Below are positions 49,393 to 60,688 of a stretch of DNA of 64,000 nt, piece after piece. Source of the DNA: an uncultured Chloroflexia bacterium (lineage in GTDB: Bacteria > Chloroflexota > Anaerolineae > JAAYZQ01). Under the pieces are notes generated by a model. That model was given only the letters and a program-made list of their open reading frames with translations. It had not been told where the DNA came from and searched no databases. The position numbers were made by a program, and so were the translations under genes. How positions within the stretch are numbered: position 1 is the stretch's first letter; every line of letters starts with the position of its first letter. The DNA is taken from positions 1,696,001-1,760,000 of the forward strand of contig CAVOXA010000001.1 in NCBI GenBank assembly GCA_963700285.1, read 5' to 3'.

Positions 49393-50682
49393 TCATTTAG
49401 GCGCGGCTACTTCCTGGCGGAGGTTCAGGTACACGGCGCAGGCACTAGCCAGGTAGAGCAGGCGCGGGATACTCAGGGTCAGCACCAGCAGCGCGAGCAA
49501 CCACAACCCAAATAGAAAGCGCGAGATCTTGTAGGTCGCCGGCAGCCCAGGCCCGCCAGCGATGCCAAGCAACCAGAAAGATAGGCTCGACATCAGGTCC
49601 TCAATGTTTAGCGGCAGGCCGCTCAGGACCGTCACAAACTTGCCCGTGCCCATGCCGGCGGAGGTCAGGGTCAGGGTGGTATACGCCGCAACGGACAGTA
49701 GGTAGAGGCTAAACAGGAAGAGGAGCAGCGCCGCCAGGCCTGCCAACATCATGTAGCCAACCAGTCGGATCGGAGCGCGGCGGACCATGTCCAGCACATG
49801 GGTCAGTGTGTCGCCGATGCCCATACCACGGTCGGCAACGGTTGGGGCAATCAGCGCTGTTCCGAACCAGGCGACGAGGATGATCACCAGGTTCAGGGCC
49901 AGCAGGGGAAGAAAGGCCAGCGACACCAACAACTCCCCCAGATAGTCAATGCGCCCAACGAGCAGCAGCATGAATTCTGCTACCAGGGCCAGTACCAGAC
50001 CCAGGCTCAAGACCACCGGGGACAGGAGAAACGAGAGATAGGTCTGCCTGACATAGCCTGCTGCCTCCCGGAGGTCCTCCTTTCTGCCTTCCCTCAGTTG
50101 GACCAGGATCAACCGGCTGATGACGGCCGTCACAAAGGTGGAGCTGAGCCATACGGTGCCCAGACCAACCAGGCCGATGGCGGCAGCGATCGCGGTACTT
50201 TCAAAGAGGACCTGGGTTGCGATCCAGAAGAAAAGCAGCCCTACCACACCCGTAACCAGGAAACCAACAAACAGCAGCCCCAGTTTTCGGTAATCCAGTG
50301 CGACGTCGATCGCCCGCAGGATCATGTCCAGGCCTCCAGCCGCAGGGACGGACGATGGGGCGCCTGCCGCGGCGGGCCGGATCGCGAGCCGGATGGCGTC
50401 GGCCGTGACGGTGACGGTCATGGTTGGACCAAAGCGCAAAGATGCGCCCGGAGACACCTGCGCGGCCTGACCCGGCGGCAGCCGTCTGCCCCCAAGAAAG
50501 GTGCCGTTCGTGCTGCCCAGATCGACGACCACGCACTGCTGCCGCCCGTCCCAGTGTAGTTCCGCGTGCCTTCGGGACATGGACCCATCGTCTAGTACAA
50601 TGTCATTGTCCGCTGCCCGGCCAACGGTGTTCACGCCGACCCTCAGCGGATGGGTCTGGCCATCGTCCGTCGTCAGCCTCAT
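49393..50682 (-). CDS. FHA domain + polytopic membrane domain
   Basis: VGRAADND...MSRRHA...DLGSTNGT followed by about 6 TM helices. Confidence 0.88.
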   Translation of the reverse strand: MRLTTDDGQTHPLRVGVNTVGRAADNDIVLDDGSMSRRHAELHWDGRQQCVVVDLGSTNGTFLGGRRLPPGQAAQVSPGASLRFGPTMTVTVTADAIRLAIRPAAAGAPSSVPAAGGLDMILRAIDVALDYRKLGLLFVGFLVTGVVGLLFFWIATQVLFESTAIAAAIGLVGLGTVWLSSTFVTAVISRLILVQLREGRKEDLREAAGYVRQTYLSFLLSPVVLSLGLVLALVAEFMLLLVGRIDYLGELLVSLAFLPLLALNLVIILVAWFGTALIAPTVADRGMGIGDTLTHVLDMVRRAPIRLVGYMMLAGLAALLLFLFSLYLLSVAAYTTLTLTSAGMGTGKFVTVLSGLPLNIEDLMSSLSFWLLGIAGGPGLPATYKISRFLFGLWLLALLVLTLSIPRLLYLASACAVYLNLRQEVAAPK

Positions 50683-50701
50683 CGGTTCTCCCCCACCCAT
50701 C

Positions 50702-51685
50702 TCACTGTATTGGCGACGGGCCGGAATTCAGGACGGTCGCCAGGGCCCATCCCAGCCCCATCACCGCCACGGCGATCAGCAGTACGGCCAGGATCAGCAG
50801 CGCCCGCCGCAGGCGCTCATCTTCCACCGGCACCAGGTCCTGCAGGTCTTTAGCCCAGTCCAGCCAGGCGTCGGGCCGCGTCAGCCTCTCCAGGGTGCTT
50901 GGGAACGTGGGCTCATCCACCTCTGCCCCTTGCCCGAGAACCCGGACCACGATCACGCTGATGTTGTCTGGGCCACCCTTCTGGTTGGCGGCGGCCACCA
51001 GGGCTTCCGCCGCCTGCTGGGGTGGATGTCGAAGCATGATTGCGTTGATCTCGGGATCGGACACGGGAGTAGTCAGACCATCCGAACAAAGGAGAACCTG
51101 ATCGCCCTGGCGCAGCGTCCGGAAGTGGTTCACGTACACCTTTACGTCAGGTTTCAAGCCGAGCGCCCGGGTGATGAGGTGGCTGCCAACCCACTCCCCT
51201 GACGGCTCCCCGCCCCAATCGGCGGCCCAGCTATGGTCCTCTGAAAGCTGGCGCAGCTTCCCATGCCGCTGTAGATAGGCCCGGCTGTCACCCACGTTGG
51301 CGATCCACAGTTCGTCCTGCCGCACGACGGCGGCGACGATGGTTGTGCCCCAGCGCGCTCTGCCCTCTGCGCCCACGCTGGCCGCATAGGCGTAGAGGCT
51401 GGCGCTGGCTTTCCGGATGGCCCGCCCCAAGCTGGCGTCCACCCGGACATCTGGGTCCTGCATATAGCTTCGGATGACCTGGTTTACAGCGCGCCGGCTC
51501 GCCTCGTCGCCGCTCCGGTGACCACCCATCCCATCCGCCACCAGAAAGAGAGATCCTTTCCGGGCCAGCACCTCCGGGTTTTCGTGCTGAAAGGTTCCGA
51601 TCCAGTCCTCGTTGTTTTCTCTATGCAGTCCAGGATCGGAGAACTGGCCAACTTCCAGCTCCAAGACGGGATGGGATCTAGTCAC
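50702..51685 (-). CDS. PP2C phosphatase 3, C-terminal TM
   Basis: RENNED, VADGMGGH, WGTT, NVGDSRAY, LCSDG, GGPDNI. Confidence 0.93.
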   Translation of the reverse strand: MTRSHPVLELEVGQFSDPGLHRENNEDWIGTFQHENPEVLARKGSLFLVADGMGGHRSGDEASRRAVNQVIRSYMQDPDVRVDASLGRAIRKASASLYAYAASVGAEGRARWGTTIVAAVVRQDELWIANVGDSRAYLQRHGKLRQLSEDHSWAADWGGEPSGEWVGSHLITRALGLKPDVKVYVNHFRTLRQGDQVLLCSDGLTTPVSDPEINAIMLRHPPQQAAEALVAAANQKGGPDNISVIVVRVLGQGAEVDEPTFPSTLERLTRPDAWLDWAKDLQDLVPVEDERLRRALLILAVLLIAVAVMGLGWALATVLNSGPSPIQ

Positions 51686-51730
51686 AGGCTCCCTCCCTCA
51701 CTGCCTGCCTGGTCGAGAGGATGTTTCGAA

Positions 51731-52333
51731 TCATTGGGTCCCCGTCACATCCCAGATTGTGATCACCAGGGGTGAGGTTGCCCCACCGATCTTGGGGCCC
51801 GCCGAGACCGAGATACCCCAGATGGTTGGATCGGGTACCGGCGCGGCGACGTTGAACGTGTGGGGCGTAAAGCCCTCAATGAACTCGATCTGGGGCGCTG
51901 CGACCTTGCCGCTGGCGCTGGTTGCCGATTGGCTCCACTGTCCGTTGAACGCCGCTCGTGAGCCATTAGCGGTCGCGATCTCTACCCGGTAGTTGTGGCC
52001 GCCGCGCAGCGGATGGCTGGCGACAATGACCGGGGCCAGCGGACCCACGCTCTGTTGGCGGGCGACGGCCACCGGCTCGCTGCCGGTTGGGCCGGCGGCT
52101 GGCTCGCCAAGGTTGTCCAGCGAGGGCGGCGGGATCAGCGTGACCGTCGACTCTACTGCGGGGGCCACGGCGGTCGGATTCCCTTGATCCATCGAAATCC
52201 CCGTGTCCCCGCCATCCCCCTTGGTGAGCAACTGGTATCCCAGAAAACCGATCCCGCACAGGGCAACGACGATGACAACGGCCAGAATGCCTACGATGGT
52301 CTTTTCCTTGGAGCTCATCTGAGAAAAAGACAT
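51731..52333 (-). CDS. Hypothetical membrane-anchored protein
   Basis: AAAGGAGGAGG RBS; N-terminal TM; beta-rich C-terminal domain. Confidence 0.75.
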   Translation of the reverse strand: MSFSQMSSKEKTIVGILAVVIVVALCGIGFLGYQLLTKGDGGDTGISMDQGNPTAVAPAVESTVTLIPPPSLDNLGEPAAGPTGSEPVAVARQQSVGPLAPVIVASHPLRGGHNYRVEIATANGSRAAFNGQWSQSATSASGKVAAPQIEFIEGFTPHTFNVAAPVPDPTIWGISVSAGPKIGGATSPLVITIWDVTGTQ

Positions 52334-52450
52334 TTCACCTCCTCCTTTCACCTGCTGTTACCCTCTTTCACTTCCGATGTGCCGAGCGATCCTACGCTTC
52401 GCATCGATTCGACGGAACGGCGTCAGTTAGGGTATCTCCCGGCTGCTCCT

Positions 52451-53206
52451 TCAAAACGTTTCCCGCAGTTGGACCAGCATCTCCCGGATGGGTCCGAACA
52501 ACTCCTGGATCGCTGGGTCGTTGGGTTGAATGTTTATGGGAATGGTCAGGTCCAACGGGACCTCCGTCTCAATGTGAAAAGTCTCGTCTATGCGGACCGG
52601 GACCGCAGTCTTGATGGGCACGGTCGTATTGATCGGCACCGAGATCTTGAATGGCGCGCCAATTCCCAGGTCGATGGGGACCTGGACCGTGGTATTGATC
52701 GGGAAATTCCCCTCGAATGGAAAGTCAAATTCCTGTTTGAAGGGGATATCTCCCTTGAATGGGACCGTCTGGGCCAGATGATAGTCGTACTGGAAGCCCT
52801 GCCCGCTCAGGTTGTCCAATGCGGCTATTGCCGCGTCAAGTCCGCTCACGGCCGTCTGCCGCACCGACAGCAGTCTGTAGATCAGGAAGCCGTTCAGAGC
52901 AAGGGACAACAGGCTCATGGCCAGGCTGGCAAGCACCAGCGTCCAGAGGACACACGGTGTATGCCGCGGTGGCATTTCTGCTTGGACCGGCTCCAGACGG
53001 TTCGGAAGTGGCTCCGGCGTGGGGATCTCATCCTGGCTCCCCAGGTTCAGGGTGTCTACCTGCCCGGCTTCCTCTCCATCGACAAGTGTAACCTCGTTGT
53101 CCTTCACGGGCGGCGCCGGCACGTGGTGTGCCGGGCGGCCCTCCTGCCAATTCGGCGGCACCAATGGCTGTGTTATGCGCTCATGTCGGTCCTCGGTGCT
53201 TGGCAT
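52451..53206 (-). CDS. Hypothetical single-TM protein with periodic beta-strand repeats
   Basis: TM LWTLVLASLAMSLLSLALNGFLIY; repeated P-(I/F)-x-T-T-V-type pattern. Confidence 0.72.
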   Translation of the reverse strand: MPSTEDRHERITQPLVPPNWQEGRPAHHVPAPPVKDNEVTLVDGEEAGQVDTLNLGSQDEIPTPEPLPNRLEPVQAEMPPRHTPCVLWTLVLASLAMSLLSLALNGFLIYRLLSVRQTAVSGLDAAIAALDNLSGQGFQYDYHLAQTVPFKGDIPFKQEFDFPFEGNFPINTTVQVPIDLGIGAPFKISVPINTTVPIKTAVPVRIDETFHIETEVPLDLTIPINIQPNDPAIQELFGPIREMLVQLRETF

Positions 53207-53406
53207 CAACGATCCTTTCCTTGGCTTTTTTGCCTGCTCTTTCTGATGTGTTACGCTCCTCCAACCTCCGGCCAAACCTTCTTCGTCACTGGCGGTCTGG
53301 CCCGGTGAAACCGCCCTACCCTACATGATGGCCTATCGCCGTCAGTTTTGCATCTGCATGTCATTTCTGCGGCTGGTCGTACCCCTCTCCAGACCTTCCC
53401 TGCTCC

Positions 53407-54430
53407 TCAGACGTCCCCTAGCATCGCCCGCACCTTTGCTTCGGCCTGGGCGATGGGTTGGGCCATCGGACTCTCTTCGGCTGTCATCGCCTGGGCCTGG
53501 GCCAATGCTGGATAGCCCGCTTCCCGCTCAGCCTGGAACTGGCGGGCAAAGGCGCCGCTCTGGATCTCCGCCAGCGTCTCGCTGAACCGCGTACCGATGT
53601 CAGACATCATTAGTTGCATCGTGCGCAGGAACCCGCCGTACAGGGCTGTTGGGCCATGACTGTCAGAGGCGCGGTAGAACCCCTTCTCGCGAAATGCCTG
53701 CCACACCGTCTCCATCTCGCCCGACATGTACATCTCCATGACCATCGCCTCGGGCGGGATGCCGGCCTCGACACCCAGGGTAAAAGCGCTCATCACCGCC
53801 ACCCCGATCGCCGCGCCCAGCGTCTGCTCGACAAACAGATCCAGGTCTGCCTCCCGGCGGGCATCAAGCTCAAGCGCGCCAGCGTACAGTACGCCCACAG
53901 CGCCCGCAATGCCGAGCAGCCGGTCCCAGGCCCTACCACTGGCATCCTGCTCCACCGAGACGTAGGCAAAGAAGCCCTGCCGGTTCAAGAATCGCTGCCG
54001 GGCGTGCTCCCCACCCATGCGCGGGGCCAACAGCAGAACGTCCACCCCTGGCGGGTGGTTGGACCAAGCCGTAGGCCAGGTTGTAGCCCGAGGCAAAGAT
54101 GACGGCCGAGCCTGGCCTGAGGTTCGGCCCCAGGTCGGATGCAAATACCTCCGGGATCACCTCGTCTGGCAGCAGGACCAGCACGATGTCCGAGGCGGCC
54201 ACGGCCTCGCCGATCTCCAGGACGGCAAAGCCATCGCTGCGGGCCTGGTCGGCGTATTCGTCGGATATGTTGCCTACCACCAGAGGTTCTACACCCGAAT
54301 CGCGCAGGTTCAGGGCAAGGGCGCTGCCCAGGTTACCATACCCCACCACGCCTACCCGCTCCCCCTCCAGGGCACGGGGGTTGGCGTCGGCGGCCGAAAA
54401 GAAACGGTACAGGTTGTCGTTCGATGTCAC
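53407..54430 (-). CDS. ilvC: Ketol-acid reductoisomerase-like protein (divergent); frameshift at ~54050
   Basis: VGYGNLG...LNLRDSG, LLPDE, FASGYN, APRMGG, EADLDLFVEQ across ORFs 53933-54430 and 53407-54144. Confidence 0.8.
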
Positions 54431-55849
54431 AGTGATGATTCTCCTTCCTGGTGATCAGTGCTGGATCGCTGATTCTGCCTGGTCGCGGGTCCCTCCACCA
54501 CCCGCTGGTACAGGCCCGAGCGGTTCCAGCGGTAGGCGATGGCCGCCATCAGCGGGTTCTCCGTCTCGCGCCAGGTGTTCCATGCCCGCCGGGCCGCGAC
54601 AGCTCGCGAGCCCACGGCCTGCGTCGCCCACACCAGGCCCTCTTCTAGTTGCTCTGACGTCATGTCGCGGGGCCGAAAGACGGCCGTCCGCAGGTCGTAG
54701 CGGCCATAGTCCTCCGGAAAGTCGGTGTAGAGTAGTCGATCTTCCTGGGCCAACCGGTCGTACAGGTCGGTGCCCGGATAGGGTGTCAGCAATCCAAAAT
54801 GGGCCACGTCCATCCCTGATTTTAGCACAAACTCTGCTGTTCGCTCAAAAATATCGGGTCCGTCGCCGTCGTTGCCAAAGATGAAGGTGCCTGACGAGGC
54901 CAGGCCGTGATCGTGCAGTTTGGCGATCCTGTCCCTGTACCCGTTCACGCCAACCTTCAGATTCACCCCCTTGCGCATCAGGCGTAGGCTCTCTTCGCTG
55001 ACCGACTCGAAGCCGATCAGCACCGTCATGCAACCACTGCCTCTCAGCGCCGCCAGTACCTGGTGATCGTCGGCGATGTCCAGTGAGGCCTGAACCGCGT
55101 AGGGCCTGTCCTGGCCCTGTTCCGCGATGCCCTCAAAGAGGGACAGCGCCCACTCGCGGTCGGTAAAGACGTTCTCGTCGGTGAAGAGGAGCGGCCGCTT
55201 GTTGCCAACGCCCGCCATCTCGGCCAATACCTCTTCGGGCGGGCGCTTGCGGTAGTGCCCGCCGTCCAGCTTCCACAGCGTACAAAACTCGCAGCGGTAG
55301 CGACAGCCCCGCGAAGCCAGAGATCAGTTGCAGAAAGTAGCGGTGTTGGTATAGATCTCGCCGTGGCCAGGGCAGGTCACGCAGAGGGATCGCGGCCCCG
55401 TTGTAGCGCCGTTTCAGCTTCCCGGCCTCGAAATCGCGGATCAGAGACGGCCAATTCCGTTCCGCCTCTCCCTGAAAGACGACGTCCACATACTTGGCCG
55501 CTTCGTCGGGTCGCAGGGTGGCATGGACCCCGCCCATCACGACTGGTACTCCCCGATCCCGATAGCCCTGGGCAAGGGCATAGGCCTGTGGAGCAGTGAT
55601 GCTCAGCGACGTAATGCCTACCAGGTCTGGCCTGCCCCAAGCCCCGTCGGCGGGGACATCCTCGCCTACCTCGTCTACGATCCGCACTTGCCAATGGGGC
55701 GGCGTCAGCGCGGCGACGTAGGCCAGGCCCAGGGGCTCCATGGTCGCCATGCCGCCAGCGTTGCGCAGCCGCTGGCCGTTGGCCTTCATGGCTGGGTTGA
55801 CGAGTAGCAGCCTTGGTCCCACGGTTCGCCTTTCGCCCCTGAGCGTCAC
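54427..55849 (-). CDS. B12-binding radical SAM protein; frameshift at ~55320
   Basis: EPLGLAY...MGGVHAT...GEAE cobalamin domain; corrected SRGCRYRCEFC; FTDEN, IGFES, TPYPGT. Confidence 0.88.
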
Positions 55850-55851
55850 GC

Positions 55852-58800
55852 CTAAATCACATCTTTCTGTTTCTGGAACAGCAGCGTCACCCCAAAGAAC
55901 AGGAGGCTGAGGACTCCCAGCGCCAGCCAGGAGGCTTTGATATCTGCCTCAAAGGCCGTCTTGTATCGCGTAAAAATCTCGTCGATCTTTTCCTCGGCTC
56001 CGCGGACAGCTCCCTCCCGTGTTCCCTGCCACTCCTGACGGTCTGTGATGTACCGCTCCATCTCGTTGTTCTGCCAATCCTCCATCTGATCCTGTCTTCT
56101 CTCTCCATCTTTTTTGCCAGCAGCTTCGCGGGTTGCCTGCCATCCCTCCAGTTTTCTCTGGTCCTTTGGCTTGGGAGGCGGCGTGGAGCTTGGCAGGGGC
56201 GTCGGCGTGGGCGGCTTTGCCGGCTCTAGTGCGGCGAGGGCTTTACGGGCTTCAGCATCATAGAGATCTGGATTCTGGATCCCGGGGAAATAGCACAGCC
56301 TGAACAACTGCTCGCCCATACACTGGCATTGCCGCCGATCCTTGTCATCTTGATCCCAGTTCTTTCCGTTCCTCCTTGGGCAGGTCCCAGCAGGGGTCTT
56401 CCACGACGTTCTCGCCGATGCCCGTGATGCGCACCAGTCCCTCAAAGGCCCACCGGGTGGACGTAGCGGCGCTGATAGAGTCTCCGCCGGGGATGAGGTC
56501 GCGGGGCAGCAGCGCGCCGGCAAACAGGAACTGGGGCACCAGCACGATCACGACCAGAAAGAGGGCGATGTTCTGGTTGGGCGACGCCGCCGAAATGAGC
56601 AACCCGAGCATATAGCCCGACAGGGTGCACAGAAAGATGGTGATGTACATGGCCGAGTAGCCCCACTCGCCGCCGTAGAACTGGGGATCGACAAAGACCT
56701 TCTTGGCCAGGACAAAGATGACCGACTGGTAGGCGGCCAGGATGACGCCCACCCACACCTTGGACAGGATGTAGGGCATCAGCTTGAGCACGACGGTCCG
56801 CTCCCGCCGGTAGATGTCGACCTCTTTGACGATCTCGCGCACCGAGCTGAGGGCGCCGGTCAGGATGCCGATGAGGCCCATCATGAACAGCATGGTGATG
56901 ATCTGCGCTGCGTCGCCGTTCACCGACGTCGAACAGCTCCTTGCCCCAGATAAAGTCCATCAGGCCGATCAGGGGCGCCACGGCCAGCATCAGGGCCAGG
57001 CCCACCTTGTCCTGGGCGATGATGCGCAGGTTGCGGGCCGAGAGGATCAGGAACTGCCGGAAGGCCGATACCTGCCGCTTCTGCGGGCGTCTGGCGGGCC
57101 GGCAGTGGACGTGGGCGTGCGCTGCTGTCTCCTTCAAGTTCTTGCAGGCGGTCGACGACGTACTCCTGGTACTGGGCGGAGCGGCGGAAGCGCTCGCCCC
57201 ACTCCTCGGGCGTGCCGCGCGTTTCCATCAGCCGGTAGATGTCGTCGAACTCGACCTGTTCCTTGTAGCGGCGCTCCTCGGCCGTCCGGTATTGCTCAAA
57301 GTACTCCAGCGCCTCGTTGGGCGGGCCAAAGATAGGCCAGGTAGCCGCCCTTGGCCAGGAACACCACCTGGTCGCACATCATCACGTTCTTGGTGGCGTG
57401 GGTGACCAGGATGACCGTGCGCCCGCCATCGGCCAGGTCGCGCAGCAGCTCCATCATCTCGGTCTCGGTGCCGGGGTCCAGGCCCGAGGTGGCCTCGTCC
57501 AGGAAAAACAGGCCCGGCTTGGTGAGCAGCTCGACGCCCATGGACACCCGCTTGCGCTGCCCGCCACTCAGGGCGCGTGATGAGGTTGTTTCGCTGCGCG
57601 CTCCAGCCCCAGCTCGTCGAGCACCTCCATGATGCGCCGGTGCCGTTCCTCCTTGGAGGTGTCGGCCGGCATCCGCAGTTGAGCCGCATAGTCCAGCGCG
57701 CTGTAGACCGTCAGCTCGCGGTGGATGATGTCTTCTTGGGGCACGTAGCCCATCTCGCTGCGGTACTCGTCCATGTGGGTGTACAGGTTCTGGCCGTTGA
57801 CCAGCACCCGTGACTTGGGGCCGTTGGCCGGATTGAAGCCGGTCAGGGCGTTCATCAGCGTCGACTTGCCGGCGCCGCTGGCCCCCACCAGGGCCACGAA
57901 CTCTTTGGGATAGATCGAGATTGAGACGCTCTTCAGGATGTTGACCGTCTTGCGAGTACCACTTTTCGATGCGCAGGGCATCCAGCCGGATGTTGCCTGC
58001 CTCGTCGAAATGGCGTGATGCCGTCCTCCTGAAAGACCAGCCGGAACGATGCGATGTCGGATCTCGTCGCCTTCCTGGATCCAGGCCTCCTTCTTCACCC
58101 GTTTGCCGTTGACAAAGGTCCCGTTGTCGCTGTTCAGGTCCCGCAGCCGGAAGCGTGCGCCAAACTGCTCGATGACGGCGTGATAGCGGGACACGCGGGG
58201 ATGTTGCAGCGCAACGACGTTGCTGCTGTGCCGTCCGATGGTGATGCGCCGGCTTCCGCCTGGGCAGGTCTGCGCATGTCCAGGTACTGGGTCTTGGGGT
58301 CTTCGATGCCGCTTTTCGGCCTCGCTCCGGCAGAAAGCCGATGTGCGCCCGGTACTGGAGGGCGATGCGTCTGTCCAATGTACAGCACGTCGCCGTCGGC
58401 CAGGACATGCTGGGCCACCCGCTGACCCTGGTAGGTCAGGCCGTTTGTGCTGCCCAGATCGACGATGCGGTAGGTGTTTCCCAGTCGCTCCAGCCGTGCG
58501 TGATGGCCCGACACCAGCGGGTCGTTGAGCTGTACGTCGTTGTCCGACCCACGCCCCACCGTCACGACTCCTTTGTCCAGGGGGTATTTCTCCACACGGC
58601 CGCTCACATAGACGGCCAGTCCTGGCGCCGGGTCTGATGAGATCTGCACTTTATCGCCAAGTCGTGGCGGAACATGATCCTTTGCCTGGGGCGATTGGAT
58701 CTGGAAGGTGAACTCGTCGATCCGGACCGCGTCGCCGGGGCGCAGGGGGGTCGCTTTCCTAGGTGGGAGCCGCTGGCCATTGAGGTAGGTACCATTGCTG

Positions 58801-59000
58801 GAGTTCAGATCCTCCACGAGCCAGCCATCACGGCCCCAGACAAACTGGGCGTGTCTGCCTGAGACGTTGGGGTCCTCCAGGACAACGTCGTTCTGCCTGC
58901 CCCTTCCCAGCCTCAAAATCGATTGGTAGATGGGCAGCTCATCCTGGCCGCCCCTGGCAATCTGGACTTGTAGGATACCATGAAGCTGTTGGGCACTCAT
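55852..59000 (-). CDS. Triple-FHA ABC exporter (Rv1747-like: FHAx3-ATPase-ABC2 permease); many frameshifts
   Basis: FHA motifs LGRGRQND/SGRHA, VGRGSDND/SGHHA, IGRHSSN/SRYHA; GASGAGKST, LSGGQRKR, FLDEATSGLD; REIVKE...RER permease motif. Confidence 0.88.
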
Positions 59001-59053
59001 TCAGAAGGAATCTCCTCGCAAAAGATGGTACGAATCACTGTCCAAGACAGGCC

Positions 59054-60688
59054 TCATTTCTGTTGGTCGGACGCCTGTCTCAGGGCTACGATGAACTCCC
59101 GCGTAGTGGCATATCGCCGCCCGGGATCAGGTCGCAGGGTCTTCAGGACGACATGGTCCAACGCAGGCGCGATGCTCGGCTTTAGATGGCTCGGCGGGGC
59201 GGGAGTCTCCAGGCCAAAAGCAGGTGGAAGCTGGGCCGTCAGCATCTCATAGAGGCAGACGCCCAGTCCATACTGGTCGCTTTGCAGCATGGCCGCTCCG
59301 TTGAACTGCTCGTAGGCCATGTAGCGCGGGGTGCCGATGCGCGTGCGCGCCACCTGGCTCTCGCCTAGCATGGCGACGATGCCAAAGTCCGCTACCTTGG
59401 CCCCTCCTGTCTGGTCCAACAGGATGTTGGCTGGCTTGATGTCCCGATGGATGATCCCTTTTCGGTGGGCATGGTCCAGCGCCTCGGCTATCTGGAGGGC
59501 GATGGCCGTGGCTTGCCTGGGCTTCATGGGCCCCCAGTGGCTCAGGCCCTGTGCCAATGTGGGCCCTCTGACCAGTTCCATGGCCAGATAGTAGCATCCC
59601 TGCGATTCTCCTGCGTCAAAGACCGTCACGATATTCGGGTGCGAAAGCTGGGCCAGGATGCGTCCCTCGCGCCGGAATCGCTCCACAAAATCGGCTGTGG
59701 CAGTCAACTCGGGGGCCAGCAGCTTCAAGGCGACTTCCCGGTGCAACGCTGTGTGGCGTGCCCGATAGACCACGGCCATTCCCCCATGCCCAAGTTCCTC
59801 CTGGATCAGGTACCGGTCAAGCACAGTGCCGGGGGCCGGGCACCTGGCCGGTGGTGTCGGTTGCTGGCGCCTGGTATGCACCGCGGGCTGGCGTTGTTTG
59901 GCCCTCGTCTCCTGTCTTCCACCGTCACCCAGGTATTGGCGGCGCTGCGGCTTCCGGCTGGTGCGTTTGCCCGCTACTTTCCATAACAATGCGCCTATCG
60001 CGGCGACCAATGCTATCGTCAGCAGGAATATGGCCCCATAGGAGACAAGGTCTGCCCCTGGTACGGCGGGCTTTTCTGCCCGGACCGTCAAGATATATTC
60101 CGTCTCAGCATCGTCGCCCTCGTACGATGTAAAGTACCAACTTATGCGGTTCTTTGCTTCCTTCTCTGTGCGGGCCCGTGTGGTCTGTAGGTCAGTGTAC
60201 TCTGTGATCCTCCCGGGCATGGTCACCCGGTATAGCATGGGCTGGCCCTCGACCAGCCATAGCTGCTGGGGGCTTATTCGGGTCTGGATGGTGTAAGTGC
60301 TCTTCAAGGTTTCTTCTTCGTACCAGCCGTCGATTTGCAGGCCTCCTGCGCTCCCCACAAAGCATGTGATCTGGCCCGGGATTTCGCTAAAGCTGCGAAA
60401 ATCGAACACCGCCTGGATCCCGGTATACTGCTCGTCTTCGTAGGGCAAGGTCCGGGCACCGCACGCTTCGACTTTGCGCCGAGCCTCTTCCAGGTCTTGT
60501 TCCTCCGCTGCGGCTTCTTGCGACCCTTCTTCTGCCCTGGCTGATGCGAAGAGAAAGACGTTGCGCCCACTGCCATCGTCCCATACTTCGGTGGTGACCT
60601 GCTTGATGCCACAGCCCAGCACAAAAAGGGCCAACCCCATGACCAATAGGAGGAGTGCTTGCGCCAGGCGGTCCTTAAGGTTGCTCAC
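59054..60688 (-). CDS. Ser/Thr kinase 7, inverted topology (lipoprotein-type signal, extracellular domain, TM, C-terminal kinase)
   Basis: GTG 60688 overlaps the lgt stop; ...LALFVLGC lipobox; TM YGAIFLLTIALVAAIGALLW; GHGGMA, HRDIKPAN, DFG, GTPRYMAYE. Confidence 0.92.
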   Translation of the reverse strand: MSNLKDRLAQALLLLVMGLALFVLGCGIKQVTTEVWDDGSGRNVFLFASARAEEGSQEAAAEEQDLEEARRKVEACGARTLPYEDEQYTGIQAVFDFRSFSEIPGQITCFVGSAGGLQIDGWYEEETLKSTYTIQTRISPQQLWLVEGQPMLYRVTMPGRITEYTDLQTTRARTEKEAKNRISWYFTSYEGDDAETEYILTVRAEKPAVPGADLVSYGAIFLLTIALVAAIGALLWKVAGKRTSRKPQRRQYLGDGGRQETRAKQRQPAVHTRRQQPTPPARCPAPGTVLDRYLIQEELGHGGMAVVYRARHTALHREVALKLLAPELTATADFVERFRREGRILAQLSHPNIVTVFDAGESQGCYYLAMELVRGPTLAQGLSHWGPMKPRQATAIALQIAEALDHAHRKGIIHRDIKPANILLDQTGGAKVADFGIVAMLGESQVARTRIGTPRYMAYEQFNGAAMLQSDQYGLGVCLYEMLTAQLPPAFGLETPAPPSHLKPSIAPALDHVVLKTLRPDPGRRYATTREFIVALRQASDQQK

